A stretch of 63,657 bases of DNA, the filler included, from Reclinomonas americana ATCC 50394 (taxonomy: Eukaryota): assembly GCA_048213135.1 (NCBI GenBank). It is 5 parts of 4 records of this genome, joined end to end, with 100 filler letters (N's around TTAATTAATTAA, not from the genome) between each part and the next. Parts side by side here need not be neighbours in the genome. Positions count along the whole stretch, not along the records: positions 24,476 to 37,739 come from PS015064.1; positions 37,840 to 57,444 come from PS015064.1; 3 more parts are not named here. One strand, written 5' to 3'. A program made the position numbers and the translations under genes. Of the stretch, positions 33,127 through 44,619 are shown piece by piece. The notes below the pieces were generated by a model. It saw only the letters and a program-made list of their open reading frames with translations, did not search any database and was not told the DNA's origin. Positions within the stretch are counted from its first letter, which is position 1, and every line of letters starts with the position of its first letter.

Positions 33127-34330
33127 ATGACAACAAAGGTGTGAATGTATGCGCACTTTTGCGTGGTTGGTGTATGCGCGTGCATCCGTGTGCTTGCGCA
33201 TCGTGTGCGATTGTTGTTTGTGTCGCTGTGCATGTGCGTCTCACCCGCGAATGATCGACGCAGATCATTCAGAGTCTCGCAACTGTGCGATCCATCGCCG
33301 TCACTCCCGATGGCAAACACATTGGCGGTGGATGTGACGACAGTACCGTTCGAATGTGGTCTCTGGCGAGTTGCGAGGCCTTGCGAAGAAGTGCGACGGC
33401 TGGTGGGACACACTGATTTGGTGTTTTCTGTCGCCGTCACTCCTGATGGCCAACACATTGTCAGTGGGGGTCGAGACAACACAGTACGTGTGTGGTCGCT
33501 TGCGAATGGGAAGGAGGTGCGACGATTAGACGGACACACTGGATGGGTATACTCCGTCGCCGTCACTGTCGATGGCCATCACATCGTGAGTGGTAGTTGG
33601 GACAAGACCGTGCGGGCATGGTCTCTGACGAGTGGGGAGGAGGTGCGACGGTTGGAGGGCCACACTTCAAGGGTGAATTCTGTCGCTTTCGCTCCCGACT
33701 GTCAGCATGTGGTGAGTGCTAGTGGAGACCACTCCGTGCTGGTGTGGTCGCTGGCGATTGGCAAGGAGGTGCGCCGATTGGAAGGACACACTGGATGGGT
33801 ATACTCTGTCGCCGTCACTCCCGATGGTCAGCACATTGTGGGTGGGATTGTGGACAACAACACAGTGCGGATGTGGTCGCTGATGAGTGGAGACCAAGTG
33901 CGACGGTTAGAGGGACACACTCGCCCTGTGTGGTCTGTCGCCGTCACTCCAAATGGACAGCACATCGTGAGTGGGAGCGAGGACAGCACAGTTCGAGTGT
34001 GGTCTCTGGCGAGTGGAGATGAGGTGCGACGGTTGGAGGGACACACTAGATGGGTATCGTCTGTGGCCGTCTCTCCCGATGGTCTGCACATTGTGAGCGC
34101 GGGTGGCCAAGACAAGACCGTGCGAGTGTGGTCCACACCGCGTGGCCTTGCCCGCCTCGAACTCGACGCCGCGCGGTCGGCTATGCGAGTTGTGCAGGAG
34201 ATGCAGGAGGAGGAACGAGATTCACGGTGTNNNNNNNNNNNNNNNNNNNNNNNNNNNNNNNNNNCTTCCCGAGCTGGTTCTGCGCTGTTTCATCGTCGAG
34301 GATGCCGAGGTCGTCCTTTTCCGGTGCTGA
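33127..34330 (+). pseudogene. WD40 repeat gene copy 3 (7 repeats plus helical tail) with one frameshift
   Basis: ATGACAACAAAG mini-exon, intron homologous to copy 4, then IIQSLATVRS. A 10-nt insertion at about 33371 shifts the frame. Six further intact repeats and tail TPRGLARLELDAARSA..LPELVLRCFIVEDAEVV. Confidence 0.8.
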
Positions 34331-35409
34331 GTCGGTGAGTCGGAGGAAGGGAAGGTGGCTGCTGGTGACTGGGAGTTGTTTTTTGTGTCTTGCGAGGGAG
34401 AGTGTGTGATCATGCGGGATGCCGGTGGGGGAATAGAATGCCAAAAAGGGAGATCGTTGTTTTTGAAGAATTGTTCTCCGTGCTTGTTGCCCTGTCATGT
34501 GAATGTGAGTGTGCGGTTGTGAAGCATGTCTCTCTCTGTTTTTGCGTCTCTTTCTCACCTCCATTTGTGTGTGCGAGCGCGATGGATCACATGGGGAAAT
34601 GGTGTGTCTTTCTTGTCTTGTTGTGTTGCGCGTGCATCTTTTGTCGTGCGTATGTGCCTCGGGAGAGCAAGTCACCGATATTTGTTTCATCGCTTCTTGA
34701 TTCACCTTCTTGGTGCCACTTTTCTTCCTCTCATCGTGCATGTGCGCCGCGGACATTCTCCCTCGGGCTCTGAAGAATGCATGTCATCCCGCTCTCCCTC
34801 TTTCATGACCCTTGCAGAGTCACTCTCTTTCTCCGCCATCTCTCTCCCTTGTGCGCTCATCTGCCTCCCCAGTCATCCACCCCATCCTTCGCGCACACGC
34901 TCGAGGTCGAGCTGCTGGTCCGCTCACCGTGTTCTGACTGCCATCGCATTGGGCTGTCCATCATGGTGAGCATCTCGACTCCGAAGTGTGTTAGGTGGCA
35001 TACCTGCATACTGACTCTGCTCCTTCTCTCCCTTGCAGGATGGTTGTGTGAGCGTCCCTTGGCTTGCCTCTTGACAAACGCGTGTTGGTATCAGGTGCTG
35101 ATCGATGTGTTCGCCACGTGAGACAGAGCAGATATCTCTCTCCACGTCCTCCATTCTTTGCTCACAGCACACCGGCATGCAGACACCTTAGGGGCAGGTC
35201 CCCCTCGTTGTTACGTAATGATTGCAGGCGTGCTGTGCATCGCCCGCTGCCGGCTGTCACCTCACTCAGTCGGCTCCACACCTGAATCCCATCATGCACG
35301 ATGCAGGTGTGTGGCCTTGTTCGTCGTGATCTATCTCTCCTCCTTCCCTCCCACTCACCTCAATTATGCAGGCCGTCCATGCCATGGAGTGCGTGGCTGG
35401 GTGGATGTA

Positions 35410-35745
35410 CACATGCGTGTCGTGCTCTGCGATGGTGGCGTGGTCGGTGGATCGTTTTCAATCCCGGCTGGCAAGTCGGAGCGGATCGATGATGTGCGTA
35501 CCTTGGCTGCCGCCGTCTCTGTCGAGTAATGATGCTGGTGGCCGTGGGAGACTGCAGACGCGTGCTTGGCAATCTACTCATGGGTGGACACATGCGTGTC
35601 GTGTTTCCCGATGGGTGGCCTGGTCGGTGGATCGTTCTCGATCCCGGTTGGCAAGTCAGAGCGGATCGATGATGTGCGCTTCTTGGTTGCTGCTGTCGCC
35701 GCCAAGTAATGATGGTGATGGCCATGGGAGACTGCAGACGCGCGC
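35410..35745 (+). repeat. Tandem duplication of about 179 bp, possibly ubiquitin-like domain fragments
   Basis: Two aligned copies (ATG at 35413 and 35592) read MRVVLCDGGVVGGSFSIPAGKSERIDDVR and MRVVFPMGGLVGGSFSIPVGKSERIDDVR. Confidence 0.75.
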
Positions 35746-36553
35746 GTGGCCTGGTGCGTACGTGTTCTGCATCTGTGTTGAGGAGTAAGTTGGTGAGACT
35801 TGGAGATTGACTAACTCAATTCTGTGTGACAGGCGTGCTGGCAAGTGACTCGTCACTGGCATGCGAAGACACGTGGTTCCGTGCCACACAGTGCATGCAT
35901 GAGACAATGCACCGACCGACTGTGAGTGTGATTGAAGGGACCGAGGCATTGATTGTGACTTGGGTGAGAGGAGGCGAGTCACACGACGCAGCTGCCTCGT
36001 CCATCGCTGTGCACGTGCTACTGTACTGGTCGCTCCTCTCCTGTTCCCTGTGACTCTCCTTCTTCGTCGTACCATCATGACGTGCACCTCGTCAGCTTCG
36101 CTGTGAGCCGATCCAAGGAGGCTTGAGGTTTCGAAGACTCGCTGCTCAATGGATTCTCGAGTGTGCTGTGCCGTGGCATCAGCACACCAGGGCCACAACT
36201 GCGTATCCAAGCAGACCGACATGCCAGTCCTCGTTGAGAGATAATGCAGGTCAGTCGAAAGAGAGTGTTGCTGGACAAGCACGGTGCGGTGGAGCGCCAC
36301 CTTGTGCCACCACCACCCTGCTTGTCCATTCTAGATCTGCCGACTTAGCATCGACGAGTCCCGTGTCGGTCTTCAAAAGCCCACACACATCAAAGAACCC
36401 ACATCGTTCACACACTACCGCATGCTATGTGGGGTGCTGGCTGCAGCCCGGCGAGCGATGGACGACGTCTCAGAGCAAGGCGGGAGAAGAAAGGCGGGAA
36501 ACGGTGAGAATCCCGAGCGAGCAAATCGCACACACACATACACCACACGGAGA

Positions 36554-37739
36554 ATGGCAACCAAGGTGTGAATGTATGCGCACTTTTGCGTGGTTGGTGT
36601 CTGTGCGTGCATTCGTGTGCTCGTGAGTGTGTGCGGTTGTTGTTTGTGTGTTTGTGTGTGCGCGTCTCACCGCGAATGATCGGCACAGATCATTCAGAGT
36701 CTCGCTGCAGTGAGGTCCGTCGCCGTCACTCCCGATTGCCAGCACATTGTTGGTGGGTGCATGGACAGCACTGTTCGAGTGTGGTCTCTGGCGAGCGGAG
36801 AAGAAGTGCGACGACTAGAGAGAGACACTAGATGGGTGTATTGTGTCGCCGTCACCCCAGATGGCCAGCACATCGTGAGTGGCGGTGGAGACTGTACCGN
36901 NNNNNNNNNNNNNNNNNNNGGTATGATCTTCACCCCCACTTACAATGTACTGACTATCAGGGGTGACAGCGACTGACCAAACATATCCAGTGTGTCCTTC
37001 CAGCCGTCGCACCTCCTCCCCACTCGCCAGTGACCACACTCGTACTGTGCAGTCCCAGCTCCCACTCACGATGTGATGACCATCTGGAGTAACAGCGACA
37101 GACCACACCTTAACATCGTGTCCCTCTAACCGTCGCACCTCCTCGCCACTCTCCAGCGACCACACACGCANNNNNNNNNNNNNNNNNNNNNNNNNNNNNN
37201 NNNNNNNNNNNNNNNNNNNNNNNNNNNNNNNNNNNNNNNNNNNNNNNNNNNNNNNNNNNNNNNNNNNNNNNNNNNNNNNNNNNNNNNNNNNNNNNNNNNN
37301 NNNNNNNNNNNNNNNNNNNNNNNNNNNNNNNNNNNNNNNNNNNNNNNNNNNNNNNNNNNNNNNNNNNNNNNNNNNNNNNNNNNNNNNNNNNNNNNNNNNN
37401 NNNNNNNNNNNNNNNNNNNNNNNNNNNNNNNNNNNNNNNNNNNNNNNNNNNNNNNNNNNNNNNNNNNNNNNNNNNNNNNNNNNNNNNNNNNNNNNNNNNN
37501 NNNNNNNNNNNNNNNNNNNNNNNNNNNGTGCGGGTATGGTTGCTGGCGAGTGGGGTAGAAGTGCGACGGCTGGAAGGACACACTGAACGAGTATACTCTG
37601 TCGCCGTCACCCCTGATGGACAGCGCATCGTGAGTGGGAGTGGAGACCGCACCCTGCGAGTGTGGTCGTTGGAGAGTGGCAAGGAGGTGCGACGTTTCGA
37701 GGGACACACTTCATTGGTGTATTGTGTCGCCGTCACTCC
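36554..37739 (+). CDS. WD40 repeat gene copy 4, gapped and 3' truncated; internal contig 36920-37170 is reversed
   Basis: ATGGCAACCAAG mini-exon, shared intron, IIQSLAAVRS and the same 42-aa repeats. Confidence 0.8.
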
Positions 37740-37783
37740 NNNNNNNNNNNNNNNNNNNNNNNNNNNNNNNNNNNNNNNNNNNN

Positions 37784-37795
37784 TTAATTAATTAA
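37784..37795. other. Artificial scaffold linker TTAATTAATTAA
   Basis: Same 12-mer within Ns. Confidence 0.97.
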
Positions 37796-38700
37796 NNNNN
37801 NNNNNNNNNNNNNNNNNNNNNNNNNNNNNNNNNNNNNNNTTGTGTTCTCACTAGTGTGCCACACCGCATGTAGTATCGTCGGAAGAGCCGACGCCTGGCA
37901 AATCATCGACCAGACTGGGGCCCAAGACAACAATTGCAACCACACCGGTTCCGCTGTCATCATACTCCCCATCGGCTGTTGCATTGCTGGCCAGTGAGCT
38001 CCCACTGCTGCCACCCCTTCCCAGCCCGCTTCCTCGTGATCGTGGCGGGGCACGGTGGCCACTGGCACGTTGGGAAGAGGATGAGTCGGACAGATCTACG
38101 CCGTGCATGATCGTGCCACCATTACCGCCGCGTTTCGCTAGTCTCCCACCGCTGCCGAGTCGACGCCCAACCATCACAGCAGCCATGGCAGCGCCGCCGA
38201 CGGTAACTACTCTGCCTGCAGCGGTGCACATCCACGGTGAGACGGTCGCGGGTCGTTCATCGGCACGCGAACACGTGGACGACGACAACGCACGTGCACG
38301 ATCACGGCACCGACATGTGCTTTCGCTTCCACCAGTGCCGCTGCCGCCGAGGAGGCTGTTGTTGGAGAGACCAAAAGCAGGCACTTCTCGACTCGATGAC
38401 GACAAGTAATGATAATGTAATAATGCAAAGAAGATGACTGGCGTTGCATGACACTCTGCTGGTCAAGTTTGCAAGGTGGTGGCGTTTGCATCCAGACGAC
38501 GTCGAGAACAGTCTCTTTATCGAGTCAGTTGTCGATTTCGGTGCCGACTTCATGACATGTTGCACCGTCGACGATCGCATCTGCATGGAGCCGGAAACCT
38601 CACCACAGCATTTACAACATCGTACGTGATATAGGACGGGCCCTCTCTTCCGTCCAAAATATCAATCACAGCTAATCACGTTTTTAGCTGTTTTTTTCGC

Positions 38701-39015
38701 ATGTCATCGTGGGGCGTGTACCTCTCCGCCGACGACGAAACCGGTCAGGTGCGCCCGTTCATCGAGTACGTTGCTGCGCGTGGAGGTGAGCGATCACATG
38801 CCACCCTTTCTCGCTGCTTTCCCTCTGATTATTGCTGGTGGTGGTGCAGGCGAGTATACGTACAAGTACACAGGCCCCGATGAATCGCGACTGTCGGGAG
38901 TCGATTATGATAATGTGCTGTGGGTACCACAGGTGAGAGAAGAGAGAGGAAGAGAGACGGGCAGAAGAGAGAAGAAGTGAATGCATTGATTGCGTGTGTG
39001 TGTGTGTGAGAGAGA

Positions 39016-39060
<45 letters not shown>

Positions 39061-40416
39061 GAGAGAGGAGGAGAGAGAGAGNNNNNNNNNNNNNNNNNNN
39101 NNNNNNNNNNNNNNNNNNNNNNNNNNNNNNNNNNNNNNNNNNNNNNNNNNNNNNNNNNNNNNNNNNNNNNNNNNNNNNNNNNNNNNNNNNNNNNNNNNNN
39201 NNNNNNNNNNNNNNNNNNNNNNNNNNNNNNNNNNNNNNNNNNNNNNNNNNNNNNNNNNNNNNNNNNNNNNNNNNNNNNNNNNNNNNNNNNNNNNNNNNNN
39301 NNNNNNNNNNNNNNNNNNNNNNNNNNNNNNNNNNNNNNNNNNNNNNNNNNNNNNNNNNNNNNNNNNNNNNNNNNNNNNNNNNNNNNNNNNNNNNNNNNNN
39401 NNNNNNNNNNNNNNNNNNNNNNNNNNNNNNNNNNNNNNNNNNNNNNNNNNNNNNNNNNNNNNNNNNGAGAGAGAGAGAGTACGCAAGAGTGGGAAGAGAG
39501 AAGGAAGAGGCGATCATGCGTGAGGGAGGAAAGATCAGAAAGGAGAAGAAGTGACACACGCGCGCATACACACCCTGCACTTGCCTCACTGCATGCATTC
39601 ACTGACAACTCAGCCGCATGCTTTTCTCTCTCGTTCTTCTCCCTTTCTTTCTCTGTTATTGTTGTTGTTCTTGTTCTTGTTTTTCTTATTGTTCTTGTTG
39701 TTCTTGTTGTTGAGAGAGACAACTGACTCGATATCTCTCCCACCATCTCCCTCCCTCCTCCCTTCTTCCTCTCTTGCCAGTCGATGTCATTCCTCAACCA
39801 CACCGCCGTCACTGACTTCACCAACCGCCTCCGGCGCATTCAATTCGAGCACGTTGACGTGGCGGTGCTCTTCTACTGGCGCAGCGCAGTCAATCGCTTC
39901 TCGTGGACCTACATGGAGGAGACTGTTGCGCGAAGCACCCACTCATCCCACCCCCCACACACACTCAGCACACTCACCGCAGGGGAGGGTCGCTTTTGTT
40001 TGCAGATGATACCGGAGTTGGAAAGAGTCAACATCCCCATTCAGTTTGTGGTGGGGGTGATCGCGGGTGATCGTGATCCCGACATGCAGGATGCCGACGA
40101 AGACGACGATTTGCTGGCGTGGTGCAAGGCCGTCGATCGGTGGGATCCACCAGCGATGAAGGTGCGCGGAAGTCGGCCTCCACATCAGCGCCACTTGCAG
40201 ATGCACCCGCGCGATCCAAAGTCGATCGAGGCGGTGTATGACGCGATCTTCGCGGATGTGAAGCTGCTGAAGGAGGCCGGTGCGAAACGGGCGTCGAAGC
40301 AGTGGAAAGATGGCGGGCTGCCGCCGGCGCTGGGAGGACGGCGCGCAGCAGCAGCGCCAGCGAACGAAATCGACTATGGTACACCACGCAAGCTGCACCG
40401 CTGTGCGATCTTGTAA
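38701..40416 (+). CDS. Highly divergent Rho-like small GTPase (probable pseudo-GTPase) with C-terminal CaaL motif
   Basis: Four exons. FTNRLRRIQFEHVDVAVLFY..FSWTYMEETMIPELERVNIPIQFVVG parallels Rho YDRLRPLSYPQTDVFL..SFENVxxKWxPEVxHxxPxxPIILVG. IEAVYDAI matches the terminal helix. Ends RKLHRCAIL*. Confidence 0.6.
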
Positions 40417-40442
40417 AGCGGAACGGATACGCCACAACAAAT

Positions 40443-43400
40443 TCATTTGGGTCGCGACGAGGGCACGAGCGCGTCGTTGTCGGGTGGCATGTCGAGTAGT
40501 GGTACATTGAGGCTCGCCAGCGCCTTCGGGTGGGAGATGATTGGATCCGAGTCGTAGGCCGCCGAGTACCAGTCGGCGTATCGATGGGCAAAGTAGTAGC
40601 ACACGGAGTCTTGTTAAAGAGGAGAAGGGCGGTGGTAAGCAAAAGGTGCACGGGGAAACGGCAAGTCTCGAAGAGATAAGCCTGACGGCAAGAGAGTGCT
40701 TGTCCTCGTCAGAAGGAGAGCATACGACTCAACATGGGCAAGAGAAACAGAGAGCAGGAAGTGAGAGAAAAAGGGCAGAGGAGGCGAGAGAGTTAGAAAG
40801 GAAAAAGGCCTCCAACCGCACGCTAAACACGTCTGTGGATGTGCACAAAACTCTCCAACAACGGTCTGAGATGCGCGAAGTGTGCCACGAAAGGAGGCAT
40901 GAATCAGAGTGGCAAGTCTCACTCTAGCTTCATGACGACGCGTCCGCAACTTGCTGCGACACGAGGTGTTGACACGAAGAGAAGCAATGCAGACAGTTCT
41001 CCAACAACATTCAGAGATACGCGTAAGATGACAGGGAAGGATGCACAAATCAGAGTGGGCAGTCTCTCCAGCTTCACGACAGATGCGTCCGTGACTTGCT
41101 GCACTTAAAAGACGAGGTACTGACACGAACATGAAGAAATGCACGCAGTTCTCCAACGCTAGGTGCTGGACCATACTCGCTGCACTTTGCAGTGCGACAG
41201 AAAGAGCACACGGCTCTCCAGCAGCGCGATGGACACGACTTGAAACAAGCACTACTCTCGCCCTGTCCCTCCCTTTCCAGCTTTCCCCTTGCCCCTTTCC
41301 CCTTCCCCCCCCCCCTTCCCCTTCCCCTCCCTTTCCCCCACTCACCAATGACCCACGACAGACAGGAGATAAAGTTGAGCAGCGCGCACTGGTTGAAAAA
41401 CTCGATCTCCTTGTGCTGCACCTTTTGCTGGCGGGAGCGTGGGAAGCGCTCGAAGTCGCAGTTGAGAGCCACTTTCAGGTAGAAGAGCGAACCGGCCAAG
41501 TACAGCACATCGCCCCAGCTGTGCGTGCGGGCGTGTGTCACAAAGAATGAGAGGTAGAGTGGGTGAGAGGTTTTGCGCGTGGTGGTGGTAGTACGGCAGT
41601 CGCCCACGCAACAAACACCAGTCGGGCAGGTAGATGAGACGGCGGGGTCCACCACGTTCAATCTCCGCGGCCACCTCCTCCTCAGTGGGCGCTGGCGCCG
41701 AGGCCCACAGTCGATACATGCGCATGCGCACCGGGCATCCGTGCACGTGTTCCGAGTGCAGATTGAAGCCCCAGCCCATCACACAAAAGAAGCCGGCGGC
41801 GCAATACATGATCTGCCGACGATCCAATAAAAAATGACCGCGTAATGGATGCCCAGCGCCGGGAGACATCACTCACCGACATGGACAGATCGATCTGGTC
41901 GTAGAACGACTCGCTGTAGTCGAGCCCGATGGCCAGGAACAAGTAGAAGCCACTGGCCACCACGAAAATAAAGTTCGAGTACCCTGCGCCTCCATGCTTT
42001 GTAAGAAACGTAAAGGAGTAAAATGAGCGCGGGAGGAGCCGCATGATCTTGTTACACACCGTACCAGTCGCGCGTCTCGATGAAGCGCATGATGGGGTTC
42101 TTAAAGTATGGCTCGCCGTACAAGACCGAGTCGTATTGCACGTGCTGTGGGGGCGTGAGAAGGAGAGGGAAGGAGGGAACGGAAAGAGAGAGGGAGAGGA
42201 GAAGGGTCAGGAAACAACAGCAGCTTTCTGCGAGCGATCACAGAGAGAGAGAGAGAGACAGAAAGGAGAAGGGACAGGAAAGAACAGCAGCTTTCTGCAA
42301 GCGATCACAGAGAGAGAGAGAGAGGAGAGAGAGAGAAGAGAGAAGAGAGAGAGAGAGAGAGGAGGAGAAGAAGATATAGAGAGGGAAGAGACCTGCAACC
42401 TTCCGCAAGCGATCATGGAGAGGGATAAAAGAGAGAGACGCAACAGTTTGAATAGTCTCCGCCATGTAGAACAATGAGTCCTGTGTGCCGCGCATGAGTG
42501 AGAGGGGTCACACGCGACCGGTACACGACCGCAAGTACCGCACGGACCAGCATGTACAGCGCGGCGCTGGTCAGCGACATGTATCCGGCCCATGAGGAGC
42601 AGGTCGTGTGCTCCATCAGCGCTTGCTTCGCGGGATCGCACTTCCACCTGCAGGCAGGAAGAGAAGACGAATGAGAAGACGGAAGAGGTGGAGGAGGAAC
42701 TGACAACTGAGCCGGGAAGGGTGCGTGATAAGGGAATGGCATGCGGGCGAAATCTCGTGACACTAAGTGCTCTCCTCCTTCTTCATCTATCTCTCTCACA
42801 GCGGAGGAGGAAGAGAAACAGAGGAAGAAGTAGAGCTCGCGGCAGATTCGTAGTTGGCACGTGCAACAGAGACAGCTGAGCAGGGAAGGATGCATCACCG
42901 CATGCATGAAAACTGGTACGAGGTTCTATGCTTCTTCTTCGTCTCTGTCAACCAGCGCCATTCCCTTTCCCGCAGACACCATGCGCACGAGACACAGCTG
43001 AGTAACGAAGGAAGATCGCGTGAAAACCTGATGTTCCTTTCTTCATCTCTCACCATGTCAATCAACGCTTCCCTGCGTACTCTCACAGAGGGGAGGAGGA
43101 GGAGGAGAAGATGAGTGTTCGCGACCCACTCTGACGTGGCACGTACATGAGAGACAGCTGAGAAGCGAAGAATACATGACCACATGTGCAACCTTGGTGG
43201 TTCGACCTTCTGTCAATCAAAGCTTCCCCTGTGCACTCTCACAGAGAGGAGGAGGAGAAGGAGAAGAAGAAGGAGAAGAGTGTTCGCGACACACTCTGAC
43301 CTGGCACGTACATGAGAGACAGCTGAGAAGCGAAGAATACATGACCACATGTGCAACCTTGGTGGTTCGACCTTTTGTCAATCAAAGCTTCCCCTGTACA

Positions 43401-43907
43401 CTCTCTTGGCAAGGAGGAGGAGAAGAAGAAGAGTGTTCGCGACCCACTCTGACCTGGCACGTACATGAGAGACCGATAAGTAACAAAGGTGCATGCTGAC
43501 CTCATCTCCTTCATCATCTCAATGCATGTCAATCAATGCCCCTTCCCTCTCTCTTCCCCCTTACCTCTCCCCTCTCCCTCCCTCCCTCTCTCCCTCCCAC
43601 CCACATTCTTCCGGAGCTCGAGTCACACACACACACACGCGCACACATGACGCAACTCCAACACCGCCGACGCAGTTCCCGCCAACGACGCAATGAAGAA
43701 GAGCAGGTTTCCCCACCATCCAAAGTCATAGTTCTCAAACCACACTCGACAGCGACTCTTGTTGCTGTCTTCATCTTCTTCCTCGCCTTCTCCTTGCTGC
43801 TCTTGCTCCTCAACGAGTGGTTGGTGGCGATCAGAGACTTTGAGGTGTGAGGAGGATAGGCGACCTCCGGCGGTGACCTCATCGAGTGACCGGTAGGCCA
43901 GAGACAT
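40443..43907 (-). CDS. Multi-pass membrane protein of unknown function with internal WG(N/D)xL(F/Y)xxxS repeats
   Basis: Exons encode YDFGWWGNLLFFIAS, YSNFIFVVASGFYLF, HSWGDVLYLAGSLFY and LLNFISCLSWVI|DSVCYYFA, with consistent GT-AG phases where checked. Confidence 0.7.
40850..41160. repeat. Degenerate intronic tandem repeat of about 145 bp
   Basis: AATCAGAGTGG..AGTCTC..AGCTTCA.GAC..ACTTGCTGC..CAGTTCTCCAAC present twice, plus a partial copy. Confidence 0.7.
42855..43540. repeat. Intronic minisatellite, unit about 160 bp (2.3 near-identical copies plus degenerate flanking copies)
   Basis: GAGTGTTCGCGAC.CACTCTGAC.TGGCACGTACATGAGAGAC near 43113, 43278 and 43431; older copies near 42855 and 42985. 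Confidence 0.85.
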
Positions 43908-44619
43908 GGCGAGTGAAAGTAAAGAGCAACAAGCAATGTGTCCTGCAATGTGATATCGAAATCCCGTGCAAGCAGTCTCCTTTCTTGCCTTCTTGAGTCG
44001 ATGACGGTCTGGTGCAAGTCACGATTTCCGTATTCACAACGAAATCCATCAGTATATGTGAAGTCGTTCTGGTGGCAGGTTACCTCGCGATCGTCCGATC
44101 ATGATCTCTTGCTGTCGTGCTCGTGTTACATGTCCAGGGTGAGAGCCGCCGACAGCATTACTTATCTCATCCTTCCTTGTCGTCGATGCAGCAATTCGCT
44201 ACATGCTCCGAGGCGCGCGCAACTTGAATATCCGACGTGTCTGCGTTGCGCTTGTCTTCCCCTCGCCTTCGTGGCATTGTTGAACTGAGGCGCACATCGA
44301 ACCCAATCCTGCGTTGCTTGTCGAATCCTTCCTTGCCGCCGTGGCAATATATAATCCGCGTTGCGCATCTGTTCCCCACGCCTTCGTGCCATTGTTTCCT
44401 CGACATGGCAAACTGCTGCATGTTGCATAACTTATCTGATCCTTGCGGTACCGGTCGTGCTCGAGAGTCGACGCACTTCTCAATGCGCTGCTCATCTGAT
44501 ATTTCCCTTACCGTCCCCGCAGCATTCACAGAAACCCACTGTGCGCTCCGTAGCCAGAAGTTGTGACTGCCTCGTGCTTTCTACTTCCCCACTTAGTCAA
44601 CTGCAGCTTCACTGAGCGG

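Noticed and set aside
36920-37170. Inverted WD40 block suggesting an invertible cassette
   Set aside because: Bounded by gaps, no recombinase or inverted sites visible, and the same artefact affects the Kelch gene.
37840-38629. Pro-rich ORF and a short downstream ORF
   Set aside because: May be the 3' end of a gene, but no recognisable motif or supportable exon model.
43113-43475. CRISPR-like regular repeats
   Set aside because: The intervening sequences are near-identical rather than unique spacers; intronic; no cas genes.
43536-43850. Plus-strand ORF resembling a type II membrane protein
   Set aside because: Antisense shadow of the first exon of the minus-strand membrane protein gene.
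43990-44615. Possible small multi-exon gene on the plus strand
   Set aside because: Splice-like signals exist, but no consistent recognisable protein could be assembled.
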